Part shown: piece by piece, positions 20,059-29,498 of the stretch
Layout of the letters: each line of letters begins with the position of its first letter
How positions within the stretch are numbered: the stretch's first letter is position 1
Source: Bacteroidales bacterium
GTDB lineage: Bacteria; Bacteroidota; Bacteroidia; Bacteroidales; UBA12077
Assembly (NCBI GenBank): GCA_028282585.1
Contig: JANQHR010000080.1
Location: 13,312-77,311, forward strand
Reading direction: 5' to 3'
Length of the DNA: 64,000 nucleotides
Notes under the pieces: model-generated
Databases searched by the model: none
What the model was told of the DNA's origin: nothing
What the model saw: only the letters and a program-made list of their open reading frames with translations
Translations under genes and position numbers: made by a program

Positions 20059-20604
20059 ATGTTAGCTCAAATTATATTGATAATGAATATTTTAATGAAC
20101 AACGGAGAATTAACACTTTACGATTTTGAATCTAATGAAACTATGGGTAAATGGTACATCATAAATGATGAGGTAATGGGAGGAATTTCGACAAGTCGTT
20201 ATATTCTAAATGAAAATGGTACAGCTACATTTAGTGGCGTTTTATCGTTGGAAAATAATGGAGGTTTCGCTTCGGTTCGTTCCATTATGAATAAAAAAGT
20301 TTCAAATGACTATCGCGGAATTATTGTTCGCCTTAAAGGCGATGGAAATATATACAGTATAAGGTTCCGTACCAATCAGAATTTTGACGGATACGCATAT
20401 CAAACCAAGATTCAAAGCATACAAAACACCTGGAAAGAGTTTAAAATTCCCTTTGAAAATTTTAAACCAACTTACCGGGGTATGACCTTAACGGGTTTAC
20501 CTGAGTTGGAATCAGCAGATATTGAACAATTTGGTTTATTAATTGCAGATAAACAGTATGGCGAATTTACGGTGGATATTGATTGGATTAAATTCTATAA
20601 ATGA
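20059..20604 (+). CDS. CIA30/NDUFAF1-family protein
   Basis: W.IIND.VMGG.S, LSLENNGGFASVR, KGDG..Y, GLLIADKQ.G.F. Confidence 0.9.
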   Translation: MLAQIILIMNILMNNGELTLYDFESNETMGKWYIINDEVMGGISTSRYILNENGTATFSGVLSLENNGGFASVRSIMNKKVSNDYRGIIVRLKGDGNIYSIRFRTNQNFDGYAYQTKIQSIQNTWKEFKIPFENFKPTYRGMTLTGLPELESADIEQFGLLIADKQYGEFTVDIDWIKFYK

Positions 20605-20955
20605 GAACCAAACATTATTCTTATCGCATTAAAAGATTATGTCAACTCTTTCCAAAAACAATAACATGTTTACGAGTTAAAAAATTAAAGAATCTTAAAC
20701 TTCTGTTTTTACCTAAATTCCGTTTTCAATAAGCTATTTTGTTTTATGAATTGCTAATGAAACAGCCTTCAGTTTCAAAGCACTGCTATTACAGCGTTTC
20801 GGTTTTTTTGTGTGGCAGGTAAAGAAAAAGAAAATCAATTAACTGCGCTAAAGGAAGGACAAGCTTCTCTTTAATCTTTTACTCCTTTCAACAACACATA
20901 TTAAAAATTCATTTTAAAATTATACTTCATATTTTGCATTTTAAATTCTATCCGC

Positions 20956-20963
20956 TACATTTG
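20956..20963 (+). promoter_or_regulatory. -7 promoter element of the B12 operon
   Basis: TACATTTG immediately before the riboswitch. Confidence 0.65.
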
Positions 20964-20967
20964 CATC

Positions 20968-21126
20968 ATGGTTAAGGTTCTTAGTTTAAGCTAAGAGGGA
21001 ATTGGGTGAAAATCCCAAACAGTTACCGCTGCTGTAAGCTCCAAACCAAACTTTTTGCTCTTGAACAGCCACTTAAAGGGAAGGCCGGCAAAAAGGGAGT
21101 AAGTCAGAAGACCTGCCGTTAACCAA
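20968..21126 (+). promoter_or_regulatory. Cobalamin riboswitch
   Basis: AAGAGGGAA-TTGGG-TGAAAAT-CCCAA-ACAGTTACCGCTGCTGTAA, GCCACT..GGGAAGGC, B12 box AGTCAGAAGACCTGCC, P1 GGTTAA/TTAACC; upstream of btuB. Confidence 0.95.
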
Positions 21127-21250
21127 TTTACATTTGTAGCTTTCGGATAAAAAGCAAAGGTGTAGTCCAAAACCACACCGGAAAAAATCCTTTTATATCC
21201 TGTTAGTTATGAATGATTAAACCGACTATCGGATTTAATTATTTGTACTA

Positions 21251-23191
21251 ATGAAATTTTTGAAATACATATTTATTCTTCTGCTTTTATGGGTAAATTA
21301 TACGCTAGTTTCAGCTTCAGATCCTGATAATGAAATACCATCTGATACAATTGCATTGGATGAAGTAGAGATCACCGCAAACAGGTTAGTTCATTTTACT
21401 GCCGGTTCAAAAGTTCATAAAATTAAATCAGCAGAGATCAGTAATTACTATAATAATAATCTTTCTGATCTGCTGGCAGAGATCACCGGAATTTCGGTTA
21501 AATCTTATGGAGTTGCCGGCTTAAGTACTATAGCACTTCGCGGAATGAGTTCAAAACATACCGCCGTACTATGGAATGGAATAAACCTCCAAAGTAATAT
21601 GAACGGAGGAGTAGATCTGAATTCGATTCCGTCTTTTTTGATAGACGAAATTGATATTCAGCATGGAGGATCAAGTGCATTGTTTGGAAGCGGTGCTGTT
21701 GGCGGTACCGTTCATTTAAATAACAACCTGAAATTTGACAATACTATAAGTTTACAATACAATCAAAGTATTGGAAGTTTTGATAATTATTTCGAAGGAC
21801 TCAAGTTAAAGATGAGTTCACAGAAATTTGCCAATAAAACTCGTATTTATCATAAGTATAGTAGAAACGATTATGAATTTAAAAACACTCAACAATTTGG
21901 TCATCCTAAGGATACCTTAAAAAATTCTGCATCCCGACAGCATGGAGTTTTGCAATCGAATGCCTTTCGAATAAATAATAAAAACCAGGTTCATACTAAT
22001 ATTTGGGTTCAACGTCATTTTATTCAAATCCCGGGTATTATGACCGATTTAGATCCCAGCCTTCAGAACCAGGATACAGATAATGTAAGAGTGTCAGCAG
22101 TATGGAATTACAACCGAGAAATAAGCACATGGTTTACAAGGTTTTATTACAACTACCAATCGCAGGTTTACAGGGATCCTAATATCAGTCTTGTTTCTGA
22201 AATGGATAATTCTGTATGGGTAGGCGAAATCGAAAATAAAACATCATTGGGAGATCATTTTCTGCTCAATGCAGGCTTAAATAATACCTACGATTTAGCT
22301 AAAACATCTAACTACGGAACGAATAAAGAAAGAAACAGAACAGCTTTGTATTCATCCGTAAAGTATTTTAATGGTCCAAAGACATTATCAGCTATATTAA
22401 GTGTTCGTGAAGAATTAGTGGATGGTAAGCTATCTCCTTTTACTTTCTCGATAAGTTCAAGGTATTTTATTACCAATTACTTAAATATAAATGCCAACTT
22501 ATCCAGGATTTACAACATGCCAACATTTAATGATCTTTATTGGATTCCAGGCGGAAACCCGGATCTGAAAACCGAAACAGGCTGGAGCGAAGATCTGGGA
22601 ATTACTTTTCAAAATGTATTTAATAATCATTCGCTATTAATTGAATTATCTGGTTTTAATATCCATTTAAATAATCATGTTATATGGTTACCAACCGGAT
22701 CATCAGGAAATTGGGGAGCAGAAAATATAGAGAATTTATGGTCGAGAGGAATTGAAACAGGTCTGGCCTATGGACTAAAAGTTTCGAACTTTACCATAAA
22801 AACCAATCTTCAATATAATTTCACAAAATCAACGTACGAAGAATCTGAAAATGCTGATCCGAACAGTATTGGCAAACAATTAATGTATATTCCTAAACAC
22901 AAAGGATTAGGTGAAATCAGATTAACTTACAAGTGGTTCAATATGAGATACATTCACAATTATGTTGGGAAAAGGTATATTACAAAAGACAACTCCGATT
23001 TGGTGGATGGTTATCAGATTGCAGATGCATCTATAGGCAGTTTAATTAAACTAAAAACCTCCGAGATCCTGGTTAATTTCAAAATAAATAATATTTGGAA
23101 TGACACTTACGAGGTAATGGCTAATTACGCTATGCCTTTAAGATATTATACATTGAGTATAACATATAACTTTAATAAACAACTAAATTAA
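21251..23191 (+). CDS. btuB: TonB-dependent receptor for cobalamin
   Basis: TonB box LDEVEITA, plug (LRGMSSKHTAVLWNGI, GSGAVGG), PTFNDLYW.PGGNPDLK.E; downstream of the riboswitch. Confidence 0.88.
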   Translation: MKFLKYIFILLLLWVNYTLVSASDPDNEIPSDTIALDEVEITANRLVHFTAGSKVHKIKSAEISNYYNNNLSDLLAEITGISVKSYGVAGLSTIALRGMSSKHTAVLWNGINLQSNMNGGVDLNSIPSFLIDEIDIQHGGSSALFGSGAVGGTVHLNNNLKFDNTISLQYNQSIGSFDNYFEGLKLKMSSQKFANKTRIYHKYSRNDYEFKNTQQFGHPKDTLKNSASRQHGVLQSNAFRINNKNQVHTNIWVQRHFIQIPGIMTDLDPSLQNQDTDNVRVSAVWNYNREISTWFTRFYYNYQSQVYRDPNISLVSEMDNSVWVGEIENKTSLGDHFLLNAGLNNTYDLAKTSNYGTNKERNRTALYSSVKYFNGPKTLSAILSVREELVDGKLSPFTFSISSRYFITNYLNINANLSRIYNMPTFNDLYWIPGGNPDLKTETGWSEDLGITFQNVFNNHSLLIELSGFNIHLNNHVIWLPTGSSGNWGAENIENLWSRGIETGLAYGLKVSNFTIKTNLQYNFTKSTYEESENADPNSIGKQLMYIPKHKGLGEIRLTYKWFNMRYIHNYVGKRYITKDNSDLVDGYQIADASIGSLIKLKTSEILVNFKINNIWNDTYEVMANYAMPLRYYTLSITYNFNKQLN

Positions 23192-23203
23192 ACTTTAATC
23201 AAA

Positions 23204-24307
23204 ATGAAAAAACTAATTTTCAAACAATGGTTTATCCTGTTTTTATCAATCGCTGTTTTTATAACTGCTTGTGATGATGACGATGATTCAATCTCCGGAA
23301 TATTTTCCGATGGAGTTTTTATTACAAACGAAGGTAATTTTGGTGCAGGAAATGGTTCCGTAAGTTACTATTCATTTGGTGGTGATACAGTTTCCAATGA
23401 TATTTTTAAAATGGTCAATTCAAGATCTTTGGGCGATGTAGTTCAATCTTTAACCTTGCATAACAATAAAGCATACATCGTTGTAAATGGTTCGGGTAAA
23501 ATTGAGGTAGTTACAAATCATGACTTTGAAGAATACGGTGTTATTTCCGGTTTAACTTCACCAAGATATTTTGTTGGAATCAATAACGATAAAGGATATG
23601 CAACAGATTGGGGTACAGGTTCAGGTACCGATGTTAAAGTAATCGATCTTAATACGCTTTCTGTTACAAAAACTATTACTGTTGGTATGGGCCCTGAAAG
23701 AATGTTATATCATAACAATCGTGTATATGTTGCAAATAGTGGTGGATTTGGAAATGACAATACGGTTAGCGTAATCGATCCTTCTACTGATGAAGTTGTT
23801 AAAACCATAACTTTAGATGGCGATAGCCCAAGAGATTTTGCAGTTGACGCAAATGGCGACCTTTGGGTTTTATGCTATGGGGCAATTACATACAATCCTG
23901 ATTTTAGCATTGCTTCAGAAACAGCTTCTAAGCTAATTAGAATTGACCCATCGACAAATGAAGTTGCTCAAACCATTACGATTAGTGAAACAACTCACCC
24001 TGCTTGTTTAGAAGTTAGTAAAAATGGTAACAACTTATTTTATGGTGGCGGATTCGGATTCCAGGGAATATACAAGATGGATATTACGGATACCAGTGCA
24101 CCAACTACTCCTTTAATTGATAAATCGTTTTATGGATTTAATGTAAATTCAGAAACAGGAAACATTTTTGCTTGCGATGCCGGATTCTTTACAGCGAATG
24201 GTACTTTATACAGATATAAAGAAGATGGAACTGAGTTAGGAAATTACGAGGTTGGAATTGGCCCAAATGGAACTGGAACGAGTGCAAAACGTAAAATAGA
24301 ATTTTAA
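23204..24307 (+). CDS. btuG: BtuG-like YncE beta-propeller surface lipoprotein
   Basis: Lipobox ITAC plus acidic export signal DDDDD, NEGNFG.GNGS, LGDVVQS, SPRY; directly after btuB. Confidence 0.8.
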   Translation: MKKLIFKQWFILFLSIAVFITACDDDDDSISGIFSDGVFITNEGNFGAGNGSVSYYSFGGDTVSNDIFKMVNSRSLGDVVQSLTLHNNKAYIVVNGSGKIEVVTNHDFEEYGVISGLTSPRYFVGINNDKGYATDWGTGSGTDVKVIDLNTLSVTKTITVGMGPERMLYHNNRVYVANSGGFGNDNTVSVIDPSTDEVVKTITLDGDSPRDFAVDANGDLWVLCYGAITYNPDFSIASETASKLIRIDPSTNEVAQTITISETTHPACLEVSKNGNNLFYGGGFGFQGIYKMDITDTSAPTTPLIDKSFYGFNVNSETGNIFACDAGFFTANGTLYRYKEDGTELGNYEVGIGPNGTGTSAKRKIEF

Positions 24308-24336
24308 ATTCTAAAAACTTATAAAAAGCATTTAAA

Positions 24337-25050
24337 GTGCTAACTCTTAAACATAAGTCATTATTTAATTGGAGCGGAGGCAAGGATTCTTCTCTTTGCC
24401 TCTATCACGCTCTTAGCGATGAACGTTTCGATATTCAGTATTTATTAACTACAGTTAACGGTAAATACAAAAGAGTTTCCATGCATGGTGTTTCGGAAAA
24501 CTTTTTGGATGATCAAGCTGCATCTATTGGCCTACCATTAAGAAAGATATATCTTCCGGAATTTCCAACTATGGACGAATACGAAACCATTATCTCAAAA
24601 GAACTGGAAGAAGCTAAGAATAATGGTATTAACATTTCCATTTTTGGAGATATCTTTTTGGAAGATTTGAGAAAATACCGCGAAAAACAATTGGAAAAGA
24701 AAGGATTTAAAGCAATGTTTCCTCTTTGGAAACGTGATACCATGGATGTTGCAAAAGAATTCATCGAATTAGGATTTAAAGCCATTATTGTTTCGGTTGA
24801 TGGAAGATATTTAGATAAATCATTTGCCGGAAGAATGTATGACAAATCATTTATCGATGATTTACCTGTAAGTGTTGATCCATGTGGTGAGAATGGAGAA
24901 TTTCACAGCTTTGTTTTTGACGGGCCGATTTTTAGCAAACCTATACAATTTGAAAAAGGAAAAACAGTTTACAAAGAATATAAATCGCATAACAAGGAAG
25001 AGCCAAATAAAAACATTGGTTTTTGGTATTGTGATTTGATTAGAAGTTAG
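24337..25050 (+). CDS. Dph6-related PP-loop ATP pyrophosphatase (diphthine--ammonia ligase family)
   Basis: WSGGKDS, SMHGV, FGDIFLEDLR, DPCGENGEFHSFV.DGP.F. Confidence 0.9.
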   Translation: MLTLKHKSLFNWSGGKDSSLCLYHALSDERFDIQYLLTTVNGKYKRVSMHGVSENFLDDQAASIGLPLRKIYLPEFPTMDEYETIISKELEEAKNNGINISIFGDIFLEDLRKYREKQLEKKGFKAMFPLWKRDTMDVAKEFIELGFKAIIVSVDGRYLDKSFAGRMYDKSFIDDLPVSVDPCGENGEFHSFVFDGPIFSKPIQFEKGKTVYKEYKSHNKEEPNKNIGFWYCDLIRS

Positions 25051-25175
25051 GATTTAGAATTCAGGAACCAGGAGTCGGAATACGAAAGCCAGAATACAGA
25101 ATTTGAAGTTTGAAACTTGTAATTAAATATCACCAAACTCAAAACCAATAACGCAAAATTTACAACTTAAAATAT

Positions 25176-25685
25176 ATGGCAAAAGTAATATTCATAACAG
25201 GTGGGCAACGTTCAGGAAAAAGTAATTATGCGCAAAGTAAGGCTCTGGAACTATCAAGGAATCCTGTTTATTTGGCTACATCAAGAATTTGGGATGAGGA
25301 TTTTAAGAATCGTGTAGAAAGACATCAAAACGATCGCTCGGATAACTGGATCAATATCGAAGAAGAAAAAGAAATCAGCAAGTTAAAACTAAAAGATAAA
25401 GTGGTTGTTTTAGACTGTATCACACTATGGCTAACAAATTATTTTTCGGATAGTAATTACCATGTTGATGAAAGCCTGGAAAAAGCTAAAAAAGAATGGG
25501 ATAAATTCATCAAAGAAGATTTTACTGTTTTTGTTACAACGAATGAACTGGGTATGGGAGTTCATGCTCAAACGGAAGGTGCGCGAAAATTCACAGATTT
25601 GCAAGGCTGGATGAACCAACACATAGCAAAAAAGGCAGATGAAGTGATACTAATGGTGGCTGGAATACCAATGAGGATCAAATAA
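25176..25685 (+). CDS. cobU: Adenosylcobinamide kinase / phosphate guanylyltransferase
   Basis: GGQRSGKS, RVERHQ, LDCITLWLTN, NELGMG, MVAGIP. Confidence 0.96.
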   Translation: MAKVIFITGGQRSGKSNYAQSKALELSRNPVYLATSRIWDEDFKNRVERHQNDRSDNWINIEEEKEISKLKLKDKVVVLDCITLWLTNYFSDSNYHVDESLEKAKKEWDKFIKEDFTVFVTTNELGMGVHAQTEGARKFTDLQGWMNQHIAKKADEVILMVAGIPMRIK

Positions 25686-25852
25686 AAGATAAAAGTAATA
25701 AGGAAATGGCAGGAAATTATTTGTAATGTATTGTAAATAAGAACATAGAATACAGAGGCCAGTTTTTTATTTTACCAATCTAAATTCTGACTCCTGAATT
25801 CCTGTAACCAAAAAAATAATTATCAACTAGCATTTACAATAATTTAGAACAA

Positions 25853-26860
25853 ATGACTATTCAAGAACAATTACTAAATAAAATAAATAATAAGACCAAA
25901 CCATTAGGTTCATTAGGTAAATTAGAAGAAATTGCCTTACAAGTGGGGCAAATCCAAAATACAACCTCACCAAAATTAAAGGAACCAACCATACTTGTTT
26001 TTGCTGCCGACCATGGATTAGCAGATTCAGGAGTAAGTCCTTTTCCAAAGGAAGTTACTCAACAAATGGTTTTAAACTTTTTGAATGGCGGAGCAGCTAT
26101 AAATATATTTAGTAAGCAAAACGGAATTAACTTAAAAGTGATTGATGCCGGAGTTGATGCTGATTTTCAAAACCATCCAAACCTTATTCATGCAAAAATT
26201 GCTAGCGGAACCAAGAACATTCTCGAACGTGCTGCCATGACAATTAAAGAATGTAAGGAAGCCCTGAATAAAGGATCTGAAATTGTTGAGGAACAATTCA
26301 ACAATGGATGCAATATCATCGGATTTGGTGAAATGGGAATCGGAAATACTTCTTCGGCATCCCTTATAATGAGCAAAGTTACAGGTCTTAGTATTGAAGA
26401 GTGTACAGGTAAAGGAACAGGCCATAGTGAAAATGGACTAAAACGTAAAAAGGAAATCCTTAAAAAGGCCGTTGAAAAATACCAATTAAATGGAGACCCG
26501 CTTGAGATCCTTGCAACTTTTGGAGGACTAGAAATCGCTATGATAACAGGAGCCTTTCTAAAAGCTGCTGAATTGAATATGATCATTATGGTTGATGGGT
26601 TTATTGTAACTTCCGCCTTGTTAATCGCTCGAATGATAAATCCTGAAATCCTTTCTAATTGTATCTTTACGCATGTTTCTAACGAACAGGGACATACTAA
26701 AATGCTGGACTATCTAAAAGTTCAACCTGTTTTAAATTTGGGAATGAGATTAGGTGAAGGAACAGGAGCAGCAATTGCATATCCAATTATCCAATCGGCT
26801 GTTAATTTCTTAAATGAAATGGCTAGCTTTGAGGATGCAGGAGTATCTAATAAAGAATAA
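25853..26860 (+). CDS. cobT: Nicotinate-nucleotide--dimethylbenzimidazole phosphoribosyltransferase
   Basis: TKPLGSLGKLE, FAADHG, GEMGIGNT, LGMRLGEGTGA. Confidence 0.97.
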   Translation: MTIQEQLLNKINNKTKPLGSLGKLEEIALQVGQIQNTTSPKLKEPTILVFAADHGLADSGVSPFPKEVTQQMVLNFLNGGAAINIFSKQNGINLKVIDAGVDADFQNHPNLIHAKIASGTKNILERAAMTIKECKEALNKGSEIVEEQFNNGCNIIGFGEMGIGNTSSASLIMSKVTGLSIEECTGKGTGHSENGLKRKKEILKKAVEKYQLNGDPLEILATFGGLEIAMITGAFLKAAELNMIIMVDGFIVTSALLIARMINPEILSNCIFTHVSNEQGHTKMLDYLKVQPVLNLGMRLGEGTGAAIAYPIIQSAVNFLNEMASFEDAGVSNKE

Positions 26861-26943
26861 CTTTCTGGCTACTGGCTTCTTGTTGTCAGTTAACCAGCGA
26901 CTTGTAATCAATAACGGCAAAATAGAATTACAAAACCATTCAT

Positions 26944-27714
26944 ATGAGGAAACAATGGAAGTTAATATTAACAGCAATCATGTTTTATACCAGGATTCCT
27001 GTTCCCAAAAATATTGGTTATTCTGATGAAATATTAAATCAGAGTACAAAATACTTTTCATTTGTTGGTTGGATTGTCGGTGGGTTTGGAGCTCTGATAT
27101 TTTATCTTAGCATATTTATTTTTCCGTTGACAATTTCTATACTATTGAGTATGGTCACCACCATCATGCTTACAGGAGCATTTCATGAAGATGGTTTTGC
27201 CGACTCATGCGATGCATTTGGCGGAGGATGGACCAAGGAAAAGATTCTTGAAATTATGAAAGATTCAAGAATTGGTACGTATGGTACGGTAGGATTAATA
27301 TTTATTCTTGTTACAAAATATTTTACCTTATTCAATGTTGATGCTGCACAAATCCCCTTTGTTTTGTTTGCGTCTCATGCCTTTAGCCGATATACTGCAA
27401 CAGGTATAATCTTCTTTTCTGAGTATGCCCGGGAAAATGCCTCAAGTAAATCAAAACCCGTTGGAAAAAAATTGAATTCCACAGAATATCTGATATCATT
27501 TATTTTTGGTAGTGCTCCTCTCCTTCTGATATCTTATCAGTATTCATATTGGTACCTGTTAATATTTATTACCGCCATACCTGTTATTTTCTTTTTAAAA
27601 AGGTATTTCGAAAAATGGATTGGAGGCTATACAGGCGATGCATTAGGAGCTACCCAACAAATATCAGAAGTCGTTTTTTACCTTACTTTTATTATCATAA
27701 CAAGATTCATCTAA
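26944..27714 (+). CDS. cobS: Adenosylcobinamide-GDP ribazoletransferase
   Basis: TRIP, TGAFHEDGFADSCD, IMKDSRIGTYG, GGYTGDALGA. Confidence 0.97.
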   Translation: MRKQWKLILTAIMFYTRIPVPKNIGYSDEILNQSTKYFSFVGWIVGGFGALIFYLSIFIFPLTISILLSMVTTIMLTGAFHEDGFADSCDAFGGGWTKEKILEIMKDSRIGTYGTVGLIFILVTKYFTLFNVDAAQIPFVLFASHAFSRYTATGIIFFSEYARENASSKSKPVGKKLNSTEYLISFIFGSAPLLLISYQYSYWYLLIFITAIPVIFFLKRYFEKWIGGYTGDALGATQQISEVVFYLTFIIITRFI

Positions 27715-28241
27715 TGAAGCTTTATTTAATTAGACATACCAAAGTAGATGTAGAACACGGCATATGTTACGGGCAATCAGATGTTGGTATAGCAGAATCT
27801 TTTAAGGAAGAAGCTAAAGTAATAAAAAAGCAAATATCAGATATTAAATTTGACAAAATATATTCGAGCCCTCTTTCTCGTTGCAAAAAGCTTTCTGAAT
27901 ACCTTTTTGGCTCCGGAATAAAATACGATGATCGATTAATGGAACTTAATTTTGGCGATTGGGAACTTCAAAAATGGAACAACCTTAGAAATCCAACCAT
28001 TGATGAATGGATGAAAGATTTTGTAAATACTCCTTGCCCTAATGGAGAATCATTTATAGAAATGTACTACCGGGTAAAAGCATTTGTTAATGAAACTAAA
28101 GCCCAAAGCATTGATAACATAGCAATTGTAACTCATGGAGGAGTTATCAGGTGCATTTTAGCATATCTTTTAAATGAAGATTTAAAAGACGCCTTTAAGA
28201 GAGAAATAGGATATGGAGAGGTTGCTGAGTTAAATTTCTAG
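27714..28241 (+). CDS. cobC: Alpha-ribazole phosphatase
   Basis: MKLYLIRH, SSPLSRC, ELNFGDWE, THGGVIR; TAATG overlap with cobS fixes the start at 27714. Confidence 0.92.
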   Translation: MKLYLIRHTKVDVEHGICYGQSDVGIAESFKEEAKVIKKQISDIKFDKIYSSPLSRCKKLSEYLFGSGIKYDDRLMELNFGDWELQKWNNLRNPTIDEWMKDFVNTPCPNGESFIEMYYRVKAFVNETKAQSIDNIAIVTHGGVIRCILAYLLNEDLKDAFKREIGYGEVAELNF

Positions 28242-28315
28242 CAAACTACAACTATCTGTTTTTTAACATACTTTAAATTAATTTGAATCTTTTTTTATAA
28301 TTTTTATCTAAAATT

Positions 28316-28340
28316 TGAACCAATTATTTTTTAGGTGTAC
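28316..28340 (+). promoter_or_regulatory. ECF-sigma-type promoter TGAACC-N13-GTGTAC for the sigma operon
   Basis: TGAACC aattattttttag GTGTAC, 12 nt before ATG 28353; same boxes and spacing recur at 32556-32580. Confidence 0.8.
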
Positions 28341-28352
28341 AGTTGTTAAAAA

Positions 28353-28553
28353 ATGATGAACCGATACCCAAAATACAAATTAAGCTCATTCAATTCTAAA
28401 TTAATTTTAGGGTCATTTATATTTATAACCTTTAGCTATATACTTATGTATATGGGTTCAAAAAACGGTTTTGAAATATTATCTTTAACAATTTCTCCAA
28501 TTATGCAGGTAATTGGTTATATAACAATTGTAGTTGCAATAATTAAAAACTAA
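28353..28553 (+). CDS. Small two-TM membrane protein, DUF3098-like
   Basis: N..L......I...YILM...SLTISPI..VIGY....AI pattern; first gene of the ECF operon. Confidence 0.65.
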   Translation: MMNRYPKYKLSSFNSKLILGSFIFITFSYILMYMGSKNGFEILSLTISPIMQVIGYITIVVAIIKN

Positions 28554-28554
28554 C

Positions 28555-29145
28555 TTGAGTTTTAGTTTTATTAAACATAAAGGTAGCGATGAAGAGTTGC
28601 TTATTTCCATTGGCAATGGGAATAATAATGCCTTCAATGAGTTATATTCCAGGTATAAGGATAGGTTGTTGTATTTCTTCTATAGAATGCTTTCCCAGGA
28701 CAAGGAGTTAGCAAAGGATTTCTTACAAGAAATATTTATTAAAATCATTAATAAGACACATTTGTTTGACCCTAAAATGAAATTCTCAACATGGATTTTC
28801 AGCATAGCAAATAATATGTGTAAAAATGAATATAGAAAGCAAAATGTCAGAAAGAATACAATAAATCATGAAAATCCTGATTTTATAGATGATAGGCAAG
28901 ATCAGCAAACAAACCATGAACCGGTTCTGAAATTAATTTTTAATCAACTGGAAAATTTTGATGATACTCATAAGTCGGCTTTCTTATTAAAATATAGAGA
29001 AGGCTTTAAAGTTGAAGAAATTAGCGAAATACTTGATTTACCTGTTGGTACAGTTAAATCACGATTATTTTATACAAGAAAAAAAATACAGGAAAACATA
29101 AAAAATCAACACCCTGAATTAATTGAACAATATAATTTATATTAA
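28555..29145 (+). CDS. ECF sigma-70 factor
   Basis: SDEELL...G...AF.ELY.RY, DFLQEIFIKI, FSTWIFSIANN.C.N, EISEIL.LPVGTVKSRL. Confidence 0.95.
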   Translation: MSFSFIKHKGSDEELLISIGNGNNNAFNELYSRYKDRLLYFFYRMLSQDKELAKDFLQEIFIKIINKTHLFDPKMKFSTWIFSIANNMCKNEYRKQNVRKNTINHENPDFIDDRQDQQTNHEPVLKLIFNQLENFDDTHKSAFLLKYREGFKVEEISEILDLPVGTVKSRLFYTRKKIQENIKNQHPELIEQYNLY

Positions 29146-29147
29146 CT

Positions 29148-29498
29148 ATGGATACCTTTGATGACTTTTTAACACAAAAACTAAAAAATGACAAGACTGG
29201 TATTGATATTGATAATTCTTCATTCAAACACCTTCATTATATAGTAAACCTGAATGCTACAAAATCTAGTGTAAAAAGAAACTCAATGTTTAGTTTTATT
29301 TCTGATTTTTTAAGCCCAAGGTTCATTATTGCTAAAGTTGCAATTGTAAGCATATTGTTGGTTCTTTTTATTGAAAATAAAGAAAACAGGCAGCATGATA
29401 GTTTTATTTACCATGCTGACTCTACAGTTACTCATAAAAATTCGTTTGATTCAATATCAGGTTACAGTAGCCCAATCAGCGATACATTATACCGTTAA
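29148..29498 (+). CDS. Putative single-pass anti-sigma factor
   Basis: Starts 2 nt after the sigma stop; soluble N-terminus, one TM (FIIAKVAIVSILLVLFI), 41-aa tail with four D-S/T-x motifs. Confidence 0.7.
   Translation: MDTFDDFLTQKLKNDKTGIDIDNSSFKHLHYIVNLNATKSSVKRNSMFSFISDFLSPRFIIAKVAIVSILLVLFIENKENRQHDSFIYHADSTVTHKNSFDSISGYSSPISDTLYR

Noticed and set aside
20630-20880. Possible mobile-element or gene remnant between CIA30 and the riboswitch
   Set aside because: No recognisable protein motif or terminal repeat could be identified
20991-21176. 61-aa minus-strand ORF
   Set aside because: Antisense to the cobalamin riboswitch; a shadow ORF
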